A stretch of DNA of 64,000 nucleotides, taken from a bacterium. GTDB lineage: Bacteria > Patescibacteriota > Microgenomatia > Curtissbacterales > GWA2-41-24. Below, piece after piece: positions 39,475 to 50,079 of this stretch. The translations under genes were made by a program, and so were the position numbers. The stretch is from the NCBI GenBank assembly GCA_021813945.1, contig JAKAJD010000002.1, forward strand, positions 173,936 through 237,935, in the 5' to 3' direction. Every line of letters starts with the position of its first letter. The stretch's first letter is position 1. The notes under the pieces are model-generated. The model saw only the letters and a program-made list of their open reading frames with translations, was not told the origin of the DNA and searched no databases.

Positions 39475-40071
39475 CTACTTCTTAAAGACCAGGATTTTGT
39501 AGCCTACAAAATTCCAAAACAGGCTTATAACTGTCGCCAATAGCTTTGCAACATTTGGTCTTAGATTTGGGTTTGCAATAACATGCGGGAAAATATAAGT
39601 AGAAAGAAAATAGACCACAAAAGCATTAATTAAAAGTCCGATAACTGTAACTATTAAAAACGAACCAAAATTTTGCCCCGCCTTTTTCTTGGAAACGAAA
39701 GTAAATTCCCTGTTCCAAAAATAACTGTTTACTGTTGCTACGCTAAAGGAAATAGCTGCGGTAAAAAATATCCCAATTCCTTGAGTCACACCTGTCAAAA
39801 AAATAATCAGATTCAAAATTCCAAAATCAATCGCAGTATTTAAAACTCCAACCAGCATGAATTTGGCAAATTGCCAAACAAGAGGCACAATCTTTCCTAG
39901 AAAATTTCCCACCACAAGGCCTACTACAGCTAAAATTGGCAGGACAATAAAGATAATCGGCCATTCGTATGGCAATTTCGAATCAAGACCAGTATTAATA
40001 AGTGTAGGCACGAGAAAAATTGCAGTTAGAAAACCTGCAACAAGTCCAAGGAGCAAATCCTTATTTTTCAT
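39475..40071 (-). CDS. GtrA-family membrane protein
   Basis: QFAKFMLVGVLNTAIDF, NSYFWNREFTF, FWNF. Confidence 0.85.
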   Translation of the reverse strand: MKNKDLLLGLVAGFLTAIFLVPTLINTGLDSKLPYEWPIIFIVLPILAVVGLVVGNFLGKIVPLVWQFAKFMLVGVLNTAIDFGILNLIIFLTGVTQGIGIFFTAAISFSVATVNSYFWNREFTFVSKKKAGQNFGSFLIVTVIGLLINAFVVYFLSTYIFPHVIANPNLRPNVAKLLATVISLFWNFVGYKILVFKK

Positions 40072-40147
40072 GACAGATAATACCATTGTATATACAAATG
40101 AAAAGAATTTTCAACACAGGCCAATTTCAAAATGCTAACATTACATT

Positions 40148-40936
40148 GTGTCTAGAAAATACAAATTTATCATCCTTATTCTTCTGACAGCCATTATAGT
40201 TACCGTCAGTTTATGGTCGGACGCACTTTTCAGGTCAAATCAAAATCTTTCGGAAAATAAGCAAAACCCTACATTGTTATCAAAAGTAATTGCAGAAAAA
40301 GTAGCATCGTCTTCGGCGCAATCCGCGCTCGAAAATATCGAGCCCCAAAAAGTATCAAGAGTCATAGATGGGGACACAATTGAGCTTGAAAACGGCCAAA
40401 AAGTTCGCTACATTGGCATCAATACTCCCGAAACAGTAGACCCAAGAAAATCTGTCGAGTGCTTCGGTAAAGAAGCTTCACTAAAAAACAAAGAATTGGT
40501 GGAAGGCAAAAATGTTCGATTGGAAAAAGACATTTCGGAAAGGGATAAATATTCCCGTCTTCTGCGATACGTCTACGTTGATGACATCTTCGTAAACGAC
40601 TATCTTGTTCGACAAGGGTTCGCCTATGCAAGTACATTTCCACCAGATGTAAAATATCAAGATCAATTTCAAAAGGCGCAACTAGAGGCACAGCAGCAAA
40701 ATAGGGGTATATGGTCAAATTGTCAGCAAGGTTCATCGGAATCCAACCCTCAAACCACTACTTCAGACTCCAACTGCCAGATAAAGGGTAATATTTCTTC
40801 AAGCGGCGAAAAAATCTATCACCTCCCATCTCAGCGTTATTACAATCAAACAACCATCGATGAATCCAAAGGGGAGAGGTGGTTTTGCACGGAAGACGAA
40901 GCTATTGCGGCTGGCTGGCGAAAATCCAAAATTTGA
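40148..40936 (+). CDS. Membrane-anchored thermonuclease (SNase-like)
   Basis: RVIDGDT, VRYIGINTPE, DKYSRLLRYVY; C-terminal CQIKGNI...WFCTEDEA domain. Confidence 0.9.
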   Translation: MSRKYKFIILILLTAIIVTVSLWSDALFRSNQNLSENKQNPTLLSKVIAEKVASSSAQSALENIEPQKVSRVIDGDTIELENGQKVRYIGINTPETVDPRKSVECFGKEASLKNKELVEGKNVRLEKDISERDKYSRLLRYVYVDDIFVNDYLVRQGFAYASTFPPDVKYQDQFQKAQLEAQQQNRGIWSNCQQGSSESNPQTTTSDSNCQIKGNISSSGEKIYHLPSQRYYNQTTIDESKGERWFCTEDEAIAAGWRKSKI

Positions 40937-40959
40937 AAAAAGATTGATATAATAAGATG

Positions 40960-41370
40960 ATGTCAAATATTTGGGAAACTTTAAAAAACGAAAAACGCTT
41001 AACACGTCATTATTACGGTGATTTGGTAAGGTTCCTTTTTATGCTGGCGGCCATAATCATGCTAGTTACTTTACCGTTTTTAATCGGTAAATTACCGGTT
41101 CCGCTTTATGCGTCGATTCTGGCGATTTTGGCAATTGGCGTTTTAGCAGGAATCACAAATCCACTCCAAAAATGGATTTCCATTTTAAATGGCGCTATTT
41201 CTTTTGCCGCTCTTTTTGTTTTTGAATATTACGCGGTAAATTCCTTAACAACTTCAGGAGCAGGAAATCTGTATTTTATTACAAATCAGCTCCTGGCTCT
41301 GGTTTTTCTTTTTGCTCTTTACTACAGCATTAAGACAATTCGTGCAATGTACCTCAAAGATAACCCTTAA
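40960..41370 (+). CDS. Four-TM hypothetical membrane protein
   Basis: Hydrophobic ORF coupled to comM. Confidence 0.7.
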   Translation: MSNIWETLKNEKRLTRHYYGDLVRFLFMLAAIIMLVTLPFLIGKLPVPLYASILAILAIGVLAGITNPLQKWISILNGAISFAALFVFEYYAVNSLTTSGAGNLYFITNQLLALVFLFALYYSIKTIRAMYLKDNP

Positions 41371-42917
41371 TGCTTGCCAAAATCACTTCCGCCGCAGTTG
41401 TTGGCCTAGACGCCGTTCCAATTACTGTTGAGGTGGATATAGCAGCTCAAGGCTTACCATCTTTCACTATCGTCGGTCTCCCGGACAAAGCCGTTGAGGA
41501 ATCAAAAGAGCGTGTTCGTGCTGCCTTAAAAAATTCGGGCGCAGACTTTCCAGCAAAAAGAATTACAGTAAACCTTGCGCCTGCCGATCTTCCAAAAGAA
41601 GGGCCGGCATACGACCTGCCAATTGCCTTAGGAATTTTAATTGCATCCGAGCAACTTAAGGAAACACCGGAAATAAAAAACAGTATCTTCTTGGGCGAAC
41701 TTTCCCTCGACGGTTCACTTCGCAGAATTTGGGGGGTTTTGCCGGCTGCGATTATGGCAAGGGATCAAGCCTTTCAGGAATTATTTATTCCTGAAGATAA
41801 TTTGGAAGAAGCAGCAATTATGAGTAAAATCAAAGTTTACCCGGTCAGAAGTTTAAAGCAAATCTTTGACCATTTTTCAACTTCAATCTTACCCAAAGCT
41901 CAACAAAAATCAATCAAAGCTTCAAAAACCATCAAACAAAATTTTATGAAACAGTACGCGGAAGAATATGATTTTGAAAACATAAAAGGTCAGGAAAGCG
42001 CCAAACGGGCTTTGGAAATTGCAGCAGCAGGTGCTCACAACATTTTAATGAAAGGACCACCAGGTGCCGGCAAAACCTTAATGGCCAGAAGTTTTCCAAC
42101 AATTTTGCCAAAATTAACTTTTGAAGAAAGTTTGGAAGTTACCAAAATTTATTCTGTCGCCAACCTGCTAAACCGCGAAAATCCAATAATTACAAACAGG
42201 CCATTTAGAAGCCCTCACCACACCACAAGCCACATAGGTTTAATCGGTGGCGGCAATGTACCTCATCCTGGTGAAATTTCACTAGCTCACCGCGGTGTCT
42301 TATTTTTGGATGAATTTCCGGAATTTCCAAGGCAAGTTTTGGAAGCGCTTCGCCAACCCATGGAAGACGGCCATGTTACCATTTCGCGTGCCGCAGGACG
42401 AGTGCTTTTCCCGTCACGTTTTACCCTGGTTGCTGCCGCCAACCCTTGTCCATGTGGTTTTTTAGGAGACGAAACTAGATCTTGTGTGTGCTCACCCTCA
42501 ACAATTACACGCTACCAAAAGCGTATTTCTGGCCCAATTCTCGACAGAATCGATATACACATAACAGTTCCGGCAGTCAAAGTTGAAAAATTAACTCAAG
42601 ACCAGAAATCCGAAACTTCAAAAACAATCCAGTCACGGGTTCAAAGAGCTCGCGAAATTCAACTCAAGAGATTTAAAGGTACAAAAATCAAATCAAATTC
42701 TGAAATGAGCTCAAAACTGACAAAGGAATATGCCGCACTCGACGAAGCATCAATCACGCTTCTCAAACAAGCAATTTCAAAACTCAATTTATCAGCACGT
42801 TCCTTCCATAAAGTTGTCAAAATCGCAAGGACCATAGCCGACCTGGAATCATCGGTTAAAATTAAATCAAATCACGTTGCAGAAGCTTTGCAATATAGAC
42901 CTCAACAGGAAAGTTAA
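41370..42917 (+). CDS. comM: ComM/YifB Mg-chelatase-like AAA+ ATPase
   Basis: VGLPDKAVEES, NLAPADLPKEG, GPPGAGKT, RSPHH, GEISLAHRGVLFLDE. Confidence 0.94.
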   Translation: MLAKITSAAVVGLDAVPITVEVDIAAQGLPSFTIVGLPDKAVEESKERVRAALKNSGADFPAKRITVNLAPADLPKEGPAYDLPIALGILIASEQLKETPEIKNSIFLGELSLDGSLRRIWGVLPAAIMARDQAFQELFIPEDNLEEAAIMSKIKVYPVRSLKQIFDHFSTSILPKAQQKSIKASKTIKQNFMKQYAEEYDFENIKGQESAKRALEIAAAGAHNILMKGPPGAGKTLMARSFPTILPKLTFEESLEVTKIYSVANLLNRENPIITNRPFRSPHHTTSHIGLIGGGNVPHPGEISLAHRGVLFLDEFPEFPRQVLEALRQPMEDGHVTISRAAGRVLFPSRFTLVAAANPCPCGFLGDETRSCVCSPSTITRYQKRISGPILDRIDIHITVPAVKVEKLTQDQKSETSKTIQSRVQRAREIQLKRFKGTKIKSNSEMSSKLTKEYAALDEASITLLKQAISKLNLSARSFHKVVKIARTIADLESSVKIKSNHVAEALQYRPQQES

Positions 42918-42947
42918 TATCAGCGAAATATTTGCTACAATTGCCTT

Positions 42948-43496
42948 GTGAAAAAAAGTTATTTGTTCGCACTTATCATATACTTGTTAGTCTCAATTTT
43001 TTTGCAGTTAAAATTTAATAATATAAAAACCGATATAGGTCAAATAAGACTAATTAGTAATAGTGATTTTTCAAATAGCCTAGCAGAATCAATCAGGTCT
43101 GACACAAATACTAAAACAATTTTAATTACCCGTGCCTTTCATAATAAATTATGGTCTACGGGTGAGGAATTTAGCCTAAACATTGCGAGAGCCCTAGACC
43201 CTTCCTACTTATTTGGATTTAATCAATCGGGAATGTATGAAGAATCTAATAAATATGTTCTTTTATACCCTTTTGAATTTCCTATATTTTTAATATTTTT
43301 GTTTTATTTGGTAAACAACAAAATAAAATACAAAAAAATTTTATTAATCCTTATTACTTTTTCTTTAATTACGATTGGATTACTGGAACCACATTACAGT
43401 TTTATAAAATTTTTTCCTTTGATATTTACACTAAAAATAGGAATATTTTTAGGATTTGTGGAATTACTAAGTGGATTAAAATGGCTAAAAAAATAA
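42948..43496 (+). CDS. Membrane protein, possibly a GT-C fragment
   Basis: Multi-TM; overlaps the next GT-C gene. Confidence 0.55.
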   Translation: MKKSYLFALIIYLLVSIFLQLKFNNIKTDIGQIRLISNSDFSNSLAESIRSDTNTKTILITRAFHNKLWSTGEEFSLNIARALDPSYLFGFNQSGMYEESNKYVLLYPFEFPIFLIFLFYLVNNKIKYKKILLILITFSLITIGLLEPHYSFIKFFPLIFTLKIGIFLGFVELLSGLKWLKK

Positions 43497-45106
43497 TATT
43501 AATTGTATTAATAGTTTTTGGTCTCGTTGTTAGGTTTGCAGCTCTCGGCAAAGTTCCCCAAGGACTTTTTTCTGACGAGGTTGCAATAGGTTTAAACGCC
43601 AAGTTAATTGCTCAAGAAGGATACGACGAATATGGAAGGGACCATCCTTTCGCTTTTGAATCTTTTTCCGATTATAAATTTCCCGGATATATTTACGCCA
43701 CAGCGTTAGCTTATAAATTCTTCGGCTCAACAGTAATAACCGTTAGATTGGCTTCCTTTTTACCTGGCTTAATTACAATTTTTATTATTGGATTAATTGC
43801 AAAAGAGTTATTTCCAAAAACCTTAACTTATTTGTATGCAATGGCATTTTTAACCACTAATCCATTACATATTCAGTATTCATCTATCGCTTACGAAGCC
43901 AATTTTGCACTCATGTTCCTCAGCATATTTCTATTATCAGTCCTCAAAATTGCAAGTAATAAAAATCCTAAAATTTTCTTGCCTCTTGGTGTTTTATCAA
44001 TAATTTTGGGAACGTGGACTTATCATGCAGAAGTCATAATTTTTCCATTGATATCATTATCACTGTTCATACTGTCATTTTTTGTGAGAGGAAAAACTGC
44101 CGATCTTAAGCTACTTAGGTTTTCTACAATAATTTATTTCACTGCTTGTATATTTGCAACCATACCATTTTTAATAAACCATCATATAGATGAAAGACCA
44201 ATTTCTTACTTGATAGGACAAAAAGACATTTTACTAAGACTAAATGAAATAACATCTTCTTTTGTTAGATCTTTTAATTTAGAATTTCTTTTTTTTAGGG
44301 GAGACACTTTTGCTTATAGAAACGGGTTGCAAGAATACGGAATATTTCCATTAGTGTTTTTATTACCGTTGGCATTAGGATTTCTGCTAATAATAAAAAA
44401 TTTTTCCTGGAAAAACTTTCCGCCAATATTTTTATTAAGTATCTTAACTATTACACTATTGCCGTCAGCACTTTCTAGCCCTGTGCCGTATGCAACGCGT
44501 ATATTGCCGTTTCTTATTCCAATAGTTTTAATTGGTTCTTTAGGCACGGCATACTTATTTGACAAGTTATTAAATAATAAAATATCCCAAATTCTACTCC
44601 TATGTATTTTTATTTTTCAGGAACTACTTTTTGTTCATATATTTTTCGTTCATTATGAAAAAACCAGTCGACATGAATTTCCAGGAGTTTCTGTTCAATT
44701 ATCACAGGCTGCTTCTGGACTCATTCAGCAGGACAAAATGGTTTATTTTCTCAACGGTTACTCTTGCTTGCCCTGGGGCAATGATGTTTTGGAGCTTTGG
44801 TACTTTTCTAAGCTTTCCAACAAAAAAATGGTCAACTGGAATTTGCAGTTTAGGTCTCAAAGGATTGAACAAAATAACCATGCAGTAATTTTTGACAGTA
44901 TGAAATCTCCAAAGGCTGAGTTTGCAAACGTAAAAATTAATTTGGATCAGGAAGAAATGGCAACAAGCAACAGCGGCAGCTATCTCATAAGATGCACAAC
45001 TCAGGGACAACTCTATGATCCATCTTCAGAAAAATTGATCCAAAAGTTTTACATGTATCCGGAATATAATTTGTACGAAGTTTATACACTAAGCCAAAAA
45101 TTTTAA
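43481..45106 (+). CDS. GT-C fold glycosyltransferase (ArnT-like)
   Basis: FSDEVAIG...DEYG...DYKFP, FLFFRGD, many TM helices. Confidence 0.82.
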   Translation: MAKKIILIVLIVFGLVVRFAALGKVPQGLFSDEVAIGLNAKLIAQEGYDEYGRDHPFAFESFSDYKFPGYIYATALAYKFFGSTVITVRLASFLPGLITIFIIGLIAKELFPKTLTYLYAMAFLTTNPLHIQYSSIAYEANFALMFLSIFLLSVLKIASNKNPKIFLPLGVLSIILGTWTYHAEVIIFPLISLSLFILSFFVRGKTADLKLLRFSTIIYFTACIFATIPFLINHHIDERPISYLIGQKDILLRLNEITSSFVRSFNLEFLFFRGDTFAYRNGLQEYGIFPLVFLLPLALGFLLIIKNFSWKNFPPIFLLSILTITLLPSALSSPVPYATRILPFLIPIVLIGSLGTAYLFDKLLNNKISQILLLCIFIFQELLFVHIFFVHYEKTSRHEFPGVSVQLSQAASGLIQQDKMVYFLNGYSCLPWGNDVLELWYFSKLSNKKMVNWNLQFRSQRIEQNNHAVIFDSMKSPKAEFANVKINLDQEEMATSNSGSYLIRCTTQGQLYDPSSEKLIQKFYMYPEYNLYEVYTLSQKF

Positions 45107-45150
45107 ACGATACTTTCATAAAATAAGAGAATTTTTGCTACAATTGGATT

Positions 45151-45777
45151 GTGAGGAAAGTAATATTCTTGTCGATTTCAGTATTAATTGCGTTATCGAT
45201 TTTCTTAGGTATTATTGCAGAAATCATAAGTTTTAGGCTCGTCAAGAAAACGACAGACCAAATCAATCTCGATCTCAACAAAAAATTTCAGCAAATTGTC
45301 AGAATTCCAGCCGTAGTGCCACCCTCCTTTCGAGGATTTTATCAGACCACTTATAGCTGGGAAATGGAAACCCCCCAAAAAGAAGTTATTAAAGTAATCT
45401 TTACCCATGACACGGGTTTTTCTAAATCTCAAAGCACAATTGTCGCCACTTTATCGATGGAACCAGGAGCCGACGCAAGCCTTTTTAATAAAGTCCTCCC
45501 GGCTGTTGTATCAGACAGCCAAGCTCTTTCATCTGCCCAGGATTTCGAACATCCTAACCTCTCCGCAAATAATCAAATTGGCTATAAAAAATTATCTCTT
45601 GACCATTCAGCCAGTGATGCAAGCAAGGTTACACAGATTACTTGGGAATTTGATAAATCCCAGCTGACAGAAGGGGATGAAGTTTTATATAACAAGTTAG
45701 AAAGAATTCCCCAGCCAGTCCTTAAACTTCTATATAGCTTCAAAGAGTTAACGATCAAAGCCTTTTCCGGAAATTGA
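45151..45777 (+). CDS. Hypothetical exported protein
   Basis: N-terminal TM helix, 208 aa. Confidence 0.6.
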   Translation: MRKVIFLSISVLIALSIFLGIIAEIISFRLVKKTTDQINLDLNKKFQQIVRIPAVVPPSFRGFYQTTYSWEMETPQKEVIKVIFTHDTGFSKSQSTIVATLSMEPGADASLFNKVLPAVVSDSQALSSAQDFEHPNLSANNQIGYKKLSLDHSASDASKVTQITWEFDKSQLTEGDEVLYNKLERIPQPVLKLLYSFKELTIKAFSGN

Positions 45778-45782
45778 AGTAG

Positions 45783-45820
45783 AAAAAACCCCACAACCAT
45801 TTGGTAATTTGGGGTTTTTT
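45783..45820. terminator. Bidirectional intrinsic terminator
   Basis: AAAAAACCCCA...TGGGGTTTTTT between convergent genes. Confidence 0.75.
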
Positions 45821-45842
45821 CAAATGAAACTCTAAGTTTGAC

Positions 45843-45983
45843 TTAGCCACCAATTTTGAACATTGATGTGCCGCAAACTGGGCATTTGCCCTTAAGAGCA
45901 GGTTTACCATTTTTCATGGTCACTTTTTGAGCGTTTGGGTCATCTCTTTTCTCTCGACATTTAACACAATACATTGTAGCCAT
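45843..45983 (-). CDS. DUF5679-like small zinc-ribbon protein (46 aa, not in ORF track)
   Basis: MATMYCVKCREKRDDPNAQKVTMKNGKPALKGKCPVCGTSMFKIGG; strong AAGGAGGTGA SD. Confidence 0.88.
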   Translation of the reverse strand: MATMYCVKCREKRDDPNAQKVTMKNGKPALKGKCPVCGTSMFKIGG

Positions 45984-46145
45984 TTTTATTTATCACCTCC
46001 TTTAAGCAGATAGATTCAAGAAGCCTTTGGCGACTTGTTTTACCGAGGCTATTTAGCTTCAGCTAGCTTCAACCATAGCACAAGCTAAAATTCAAAGTCA
46101 AGCGTGCCTAAATTAGGTTGCTTCGTGCCTAAAAATTATAATCAG

Positions 46146-46415
46146 TTAAAAAAATTTGAAGTTTGCCAGTTTCAAGGCTAATTGAAGCCCTATAATGATT
46201 CCTGCAAGGATAGAAATTTTCACAAGCTCCGATCGTACGTATTCATAGCTTTCCGCCAAGCCAAGGGCACTCGATTTAAGGTTTTTGCCTTTCTCATCAT
46301 CAGTTTTAATCGTCTCCACTCGAGCCTCTCTCCTATAGCTCACAAGGCCGCCTTCAATAAAATTCACTCGGCGGCTCGCAGCGGATTGTTTATGTCTTTT
46401 TGTTTTAAACGGCAT
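46146..46415 (-). CDS. Hypothetical protein with C-terminal TM helix
   Basis: 89 aa, GAAGGTGA SD upstream. Confidence 0.65.
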   Translation of the reverse strand: MPFKTKRHKQSAASRRVNFIEGGLVSYRREARVETIKTDDEKGKNLKSSALGLAESYEYVRSELVKISILAGIIIGLQLALKLANFKFF

Positions 46416-46523
46416 ACTTAAATCACCTTCCTTAATATAATAACATCAAAAAAATTGCAACCGTTGACATTTATAAAGTTCGCATGGTAAAAGAGTGGAG
46501 TACTAAATTTATCCAAAGATGGC

Positions 46524-46991
46524 ATGGACCAATTGACAGTCACTAAATTTGTAATCTTTGGATTAATAATTTGGCTTGCACTTTTAACTTTTTATACCTT
46601 GAAGGTAATTGGCCACTACCGGAAATTAACCCGAGGCGCACAAAATATCGATTTGGGAAAAGTTTTGGAAAATCTTTTTGAAAAACAAGATATTCAAACT
46701 AAAAAACTCAATGAAGTTGCCTCAGTTGTTTCCAAAAACCAGGCGCATTCTCAGGGGCATATCCAAAAATATACACTCATGCGCTTTAACCCGTTTGAAG
46801 ATGCGGGGGGTGACCAAAGTTTTGTAATCGCTCTTTTGGATGGTAAGGACAGCGGAGTTGTGATTTCTTCGCTCCATTCAAGAAACGGAACTAGGGTTTA
46901 TGCTAAAAGCGTGGTCGGCGCAAAAGCAGTAAATCACCAGTTTACAAAAGAGGAGAAGGAAGCAGTCGAAAAAGCAGTAGCAAAAAAATAA
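46524..46991 (+). CDS. DUF4446-like protein
   Basis: N-terminal TM; RFNPFEDAGGDQSF...SLHSRNGTRVYAK. Confidence 0.8.
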   Translation: MDQLTVTKFVIFGLIIWLALLTFYTLKVIGHYRKLTRGAQNIDLGKVLENLFEKQDIQTKKLNEVASVVSKNQAHSQGHIQKYTLMRFNPFEDAGGDQSFVIALLDGKDSGVVISSLHSRNGTRVYAKSVVGAKAVNHQFTKEEKEAVEKAVAKK

Positions 46992-46994
46992 AAA

Positions 46995-48131
46995 ATGTTA
47001 AACATTCCATCAAGTAAGAAAATTCAGATTTTACTTGGCGCAATTATTCTATACGCTGCATCGGCAGGCGTTTCCTATCTAGCTTTTAATAAATTCCTCA
47101 AAAATCCAATTAATATTCAAACTCCATTTGGCAATTTGTCGGATGTCACATCTGGATCTGAAGAAGGCACCAAAGACCAGCCATGCCCCCTAAACGGTGT
47201 TATGTATACCAAATCGAGGGAAGATCAGTGGTCCAAAAGAAGGCCGCTAGGGATTATGATTGAAAACCATGTTGATGCCAGGCCACAGCTGGGCCTTTCC
47301 CGGGCAGATGTTATTTATGAAGCGGTAGCCGAAGGCGGAATCACCAGATTCCTTGCTATGTATCTGTGCCAAGACGCAGGAGATATTGCACCTGTCAGGT
47401 CTGCAAGAACCTACTATCTCGACTGGCTTTCCGAGTATAATGCGGCTTACGCCCACGTTGGCGGCGCCAACACACCAGGACCGGCAGACGCTCTTGGACA
47501 AATTCGCGATTACAAGATAGACGACATGGACCAGTTCGGCCTTGGCTTTCCAACTTATTGGAGGGGAACCGATAAGCTTGCACCACACAATGTTCATACC
47601 ACCACCCAAAAACTTTGGGCTGCAGCAGAACAAAGAGGCTTCGGTCCAAAAAACGACAAAGGTGTGAGCTGGGATGCTAACTTCACTCAATGGAAATTTA
47701 AAGACGAAGCACCCCTGGAAAAGCGCGGCGATCAAAAGCCAATAGTCGTTCCGTTTTGGGCAGACCAGTCCGATTACACTGTTACATGGAATTATGACAA
47801 AAACTCAAACCTTTACAATAGATTCCATGGCCAAACGGCCCACACAGATCCTCTGACAAAAGAACAGCTTGCTGCCAAAAACGTTATAATCCAGTTTGAA
47901 ACCGAAAGAACTGCAGACGACGGATATCCAGACGGTCACCAACTTTACGGCACGATTGGAAGCGGCAATGCATTAATCTTTCAAGACGGAACTGCAATAA
48001 AAGGGAAATGGATAAAGACCTCGCGAACTGCAAGAACCAAATACGTCGACTCGCAAGGTAAGGAAATACAGCTAAATCGAGGCTTAATCTGGATACAAAC
48101 TATTCAGATTGGCAATAGCGTTACGTACTAA
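46995..48131 (+). CDS. DUF3048 (YerB-like) membrane-anchored protein
   Basis: RPLGIMIENH..ARPQ.GL..ADVIYE..EGGITRF, PVRSAR, APHN. Confidence 0.88.
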   Translation: MLNIPSSKKIQILLGAIILYAASAGVSYLAFNKFLKNPINIQTPFGNLSDVTSGSEEGTKDQPCPLNGVMYTKSREDQWSKRRPLGIMIENHVDARPQLGLSRADVIYEAVAEGGITRFLAMYLCQDAGDIAPVRSARTYYLDWLSEYNAAYAHVGGANTPGPADALGQIRDYKIDDMDQFGLGFPTYWRGTDKLAPHNVHTTTQKLWAAAEQRGFGPKNDKGVSWDANFTQWKFKDEAPLEKRGDQKPIVVPFWADQSDYTVTWNYDKNSNLYNRFHGQTAHTDPLTKEQLAAKNVIIQFETERTADDGYPDGHQLYGTIGSGNALIFQDGTAIKGKWIKTSRTARTKYVDSQGKEIQLNRGLIWIQTIQIGNSVTY

Positions 48132-48175
48132 TTCTGCCTGCAAAATCTGCCTAAAGTAATGCCTGCCTAATAAAT

Positions 48176-48754
48176 ATGTTAGTTGATATATTAATTTCAA
48201 AAGTTAGAGTCAAAATCTTTGAACTCTTTTTAGGCAACCCTGGCCAGAGCTATCACGTGCGCGAGATAGTCCGAAGGGTAGATGAAGAAATTAACGCCGT
48301 CCGCCGCGAACTTGCCCGCTTGGAAAAAACGGGATTTCTGGCAAGTGAATGGAGGGCTAACCGCAGATATTACTCAGTCAAACGCGAGTATGTCTTTTTC
48401 TCCGAATTCCTATCCATGGTTAACAAAAGCGTAGGTTTGGGCGGGGCGATAATAAAAAACAAAGCAAAACTCGGAAAAATCAGCTACGCTATGCTTTCCG
48501 GATCTTTTGTTCGCGGCAAGCCCTATACCCAAAACGAAGTGGACCTTTTTGTAGTGGGGACAATCGTTTTGCCGGAACTTTCACAAATCATAAAAGACGA
48601 AGAAGCTAGAAGAAACCGCGAAATAAACTTCACGCCTATGACTGACGAAGAATTTAATTTCCGCAAATCTCGCCGCGACCCGTTTGTTTTAAGTATCCTT
48701 TCAAAACCTCGAGTTATGCTTTTGGGTGACGAAGAAGAAATGGTTAAACTTTAA
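48176..48754 (+). CDS. Winged-HTH regulator fused to a minimal nucleotidyltransferase-like domain
   Basis: HVREIVR..EEINAVRRELARL; LSGSF...VDLFVVG. Confidence 0.72.
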   Translation: MLVDILISKVRVKIFELFLGNPGQSYHVREIVRRVDEEINAVRRELARLEKTGFLASEWRANRRYYSVKREYVFFSEFLSMVNKSVGLGGAIIKNKAKLGKISYAMLSGSFVRGKPYTQNEVDLFVVGTIVLPELSQIIKDEEARRNREINFTPMTDEEFNFRKSRRDPFVLSILSKPRVMLLGDEEEMVKL

Positions 48755-48762
48755 ATTTGCCC

Positions 48763-50076
48763 ATGTCCAAAAAACCAAGACTGCTTCTTGCCTTAATCAT
48801 TCTTTTGGCTCTTGGAGCCCTTTATCTTGATATCCCCAAATTAACACTTTTTAAAAAAACGATTGTCCATCCCAAAATAAAATTAGGCCAGTACACCAAT
48901 AATCTCGAACCTAAACTCGGTCTCGATTTAGCCGGTGGCGTGCAGCTGACCTTATCTGCTGATATGTCCAATATTGCTCCGGCCGACCAGGCAAATGCCA
49001 TCGAATCCGTCAAAAACATTGTCGAAAACAGAATCAACTCTTTAGGTGTTGCCGAGCCTGTTATCCAAACGGCAAAGACTCCAAGCCAATATCGCCTTAT
49101 AGTAGAAATTCCCGGAATTTCGAATGTCGACGAGGCAGTTTCTCAAGTTAAACAAGCTGCCCATCTCGAATTCAAAATCCTTAAGCCGGAAATACCTGTA
49201 GAATCGACCGCTGCAGCCTACCTCGACAGCTACATCTCATCAGGTCTCACCGGTAGCGATTTAAAAAGGGCAACCCCTCAAGCGAGTAAAGACCCAAACA
49301 CCCCAGGATACGTAGTTAGTTTGGAATTCAACAGCGAAGGAACTAAAAAACTTGCCAAAATCACCCAGGATAACCTGGGAAAACCAATGGCAATGATTTT
49401 GGACAATCGTCCAATTTCTCAGGGTCCGCCGCCTGTGATCCGGGCTGTAATAACCGACGGTAATGCCCAAATTTCCGGAAACTTCGACGCCAAAAGCGCA
49501 AAACAGCTTTCCATCCAACTTAACGCCGGCGCCCTTCCGGTTCCACTAAAGATTGAAAGTCAGAGCCAGGTTGGTCCGACAATCGGATCCGTGGCAATTG
49601 AAAAAAGCATCATTGCCACCATAATCGGTCTTGCTTCCGTTGCTCTTTTTATGATTATCTACTATCGCTTTTTGGGATTTTTCGCAGTCATCGCCCTGGC
49701 AATCTACACCATTTTGGTTTTTGCCATTTTTAAGATTTTTCAGGTTACTCTAACGCTTGCCGGCATTGCCGGTTTTGTTCTTTCAATCGGCATGGCGGTT
49801 GATGCCAACATCTTAATTTTTGAACGCATAAAAGAAGAAAGACGTTGGGGGAAACCAAAACTCGACGCCTTTTTTGCCGGGTTCGACAGGGCCTGGACCT
49901 CCATTCGGGACTCCAATGTTTCCTCGCTTATTACAACTGCCATTCTTTTTAACTTTGGAACAGGTCCTATCCGCGGTTTTGCCCTAACCTTAGCGCTCGG
50001 AATTTTAGTTTCCATGTTTTCGGCAATCACAGTTTCCAGAACACTTTTGCGCTTTTTCTGGGTAGGGAAGATCTAA
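48763..50076 (+). CDS. secD: Protein translocase subunit SecD
   Basis: LGLDLAGG, GALPVP, GMAVDANILIFERIKEE, GPIRGFA. Confidence 0.96.
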   Translation: MSKKPRLLLALIILLALGALYLDIPKLTLFKKTIVHPKIKLGQYTNNLEPKLGLDLAGGVQLTLSADMSNIAPADQANAIESVKNIVENRINSLGVAEPVIQTAKTPSQYRLIVEIPGISNVDEAVSQVKQAAHLEFKILKPEIPVESTAAAYLDSYISSGLTGSDLKRATPQASKDPNTPGYVVSLEFNSEGTKKLAKITQDNLGKPMAMILDNRPISQGPPPVIRAVITDGNAQISGNFDAKSAKQLSIQLNAGALPVPLKIESQSQVGPTIGSVAIEKSIIATIIGLASVALFMIIYYRFLGFFAVIALAIYTILVFAIFKIFQVTLTLAGIAGFVLSIGMAVDANILIFERIKEERRWGKPKLDAFFAGFDRAWTSIRDSNVSSLITTAILFNFGTGPIRGFALTLALGILVSMFSAITVSRTLLRFFWVGKI

Positions 50077-50079
50077 GGC

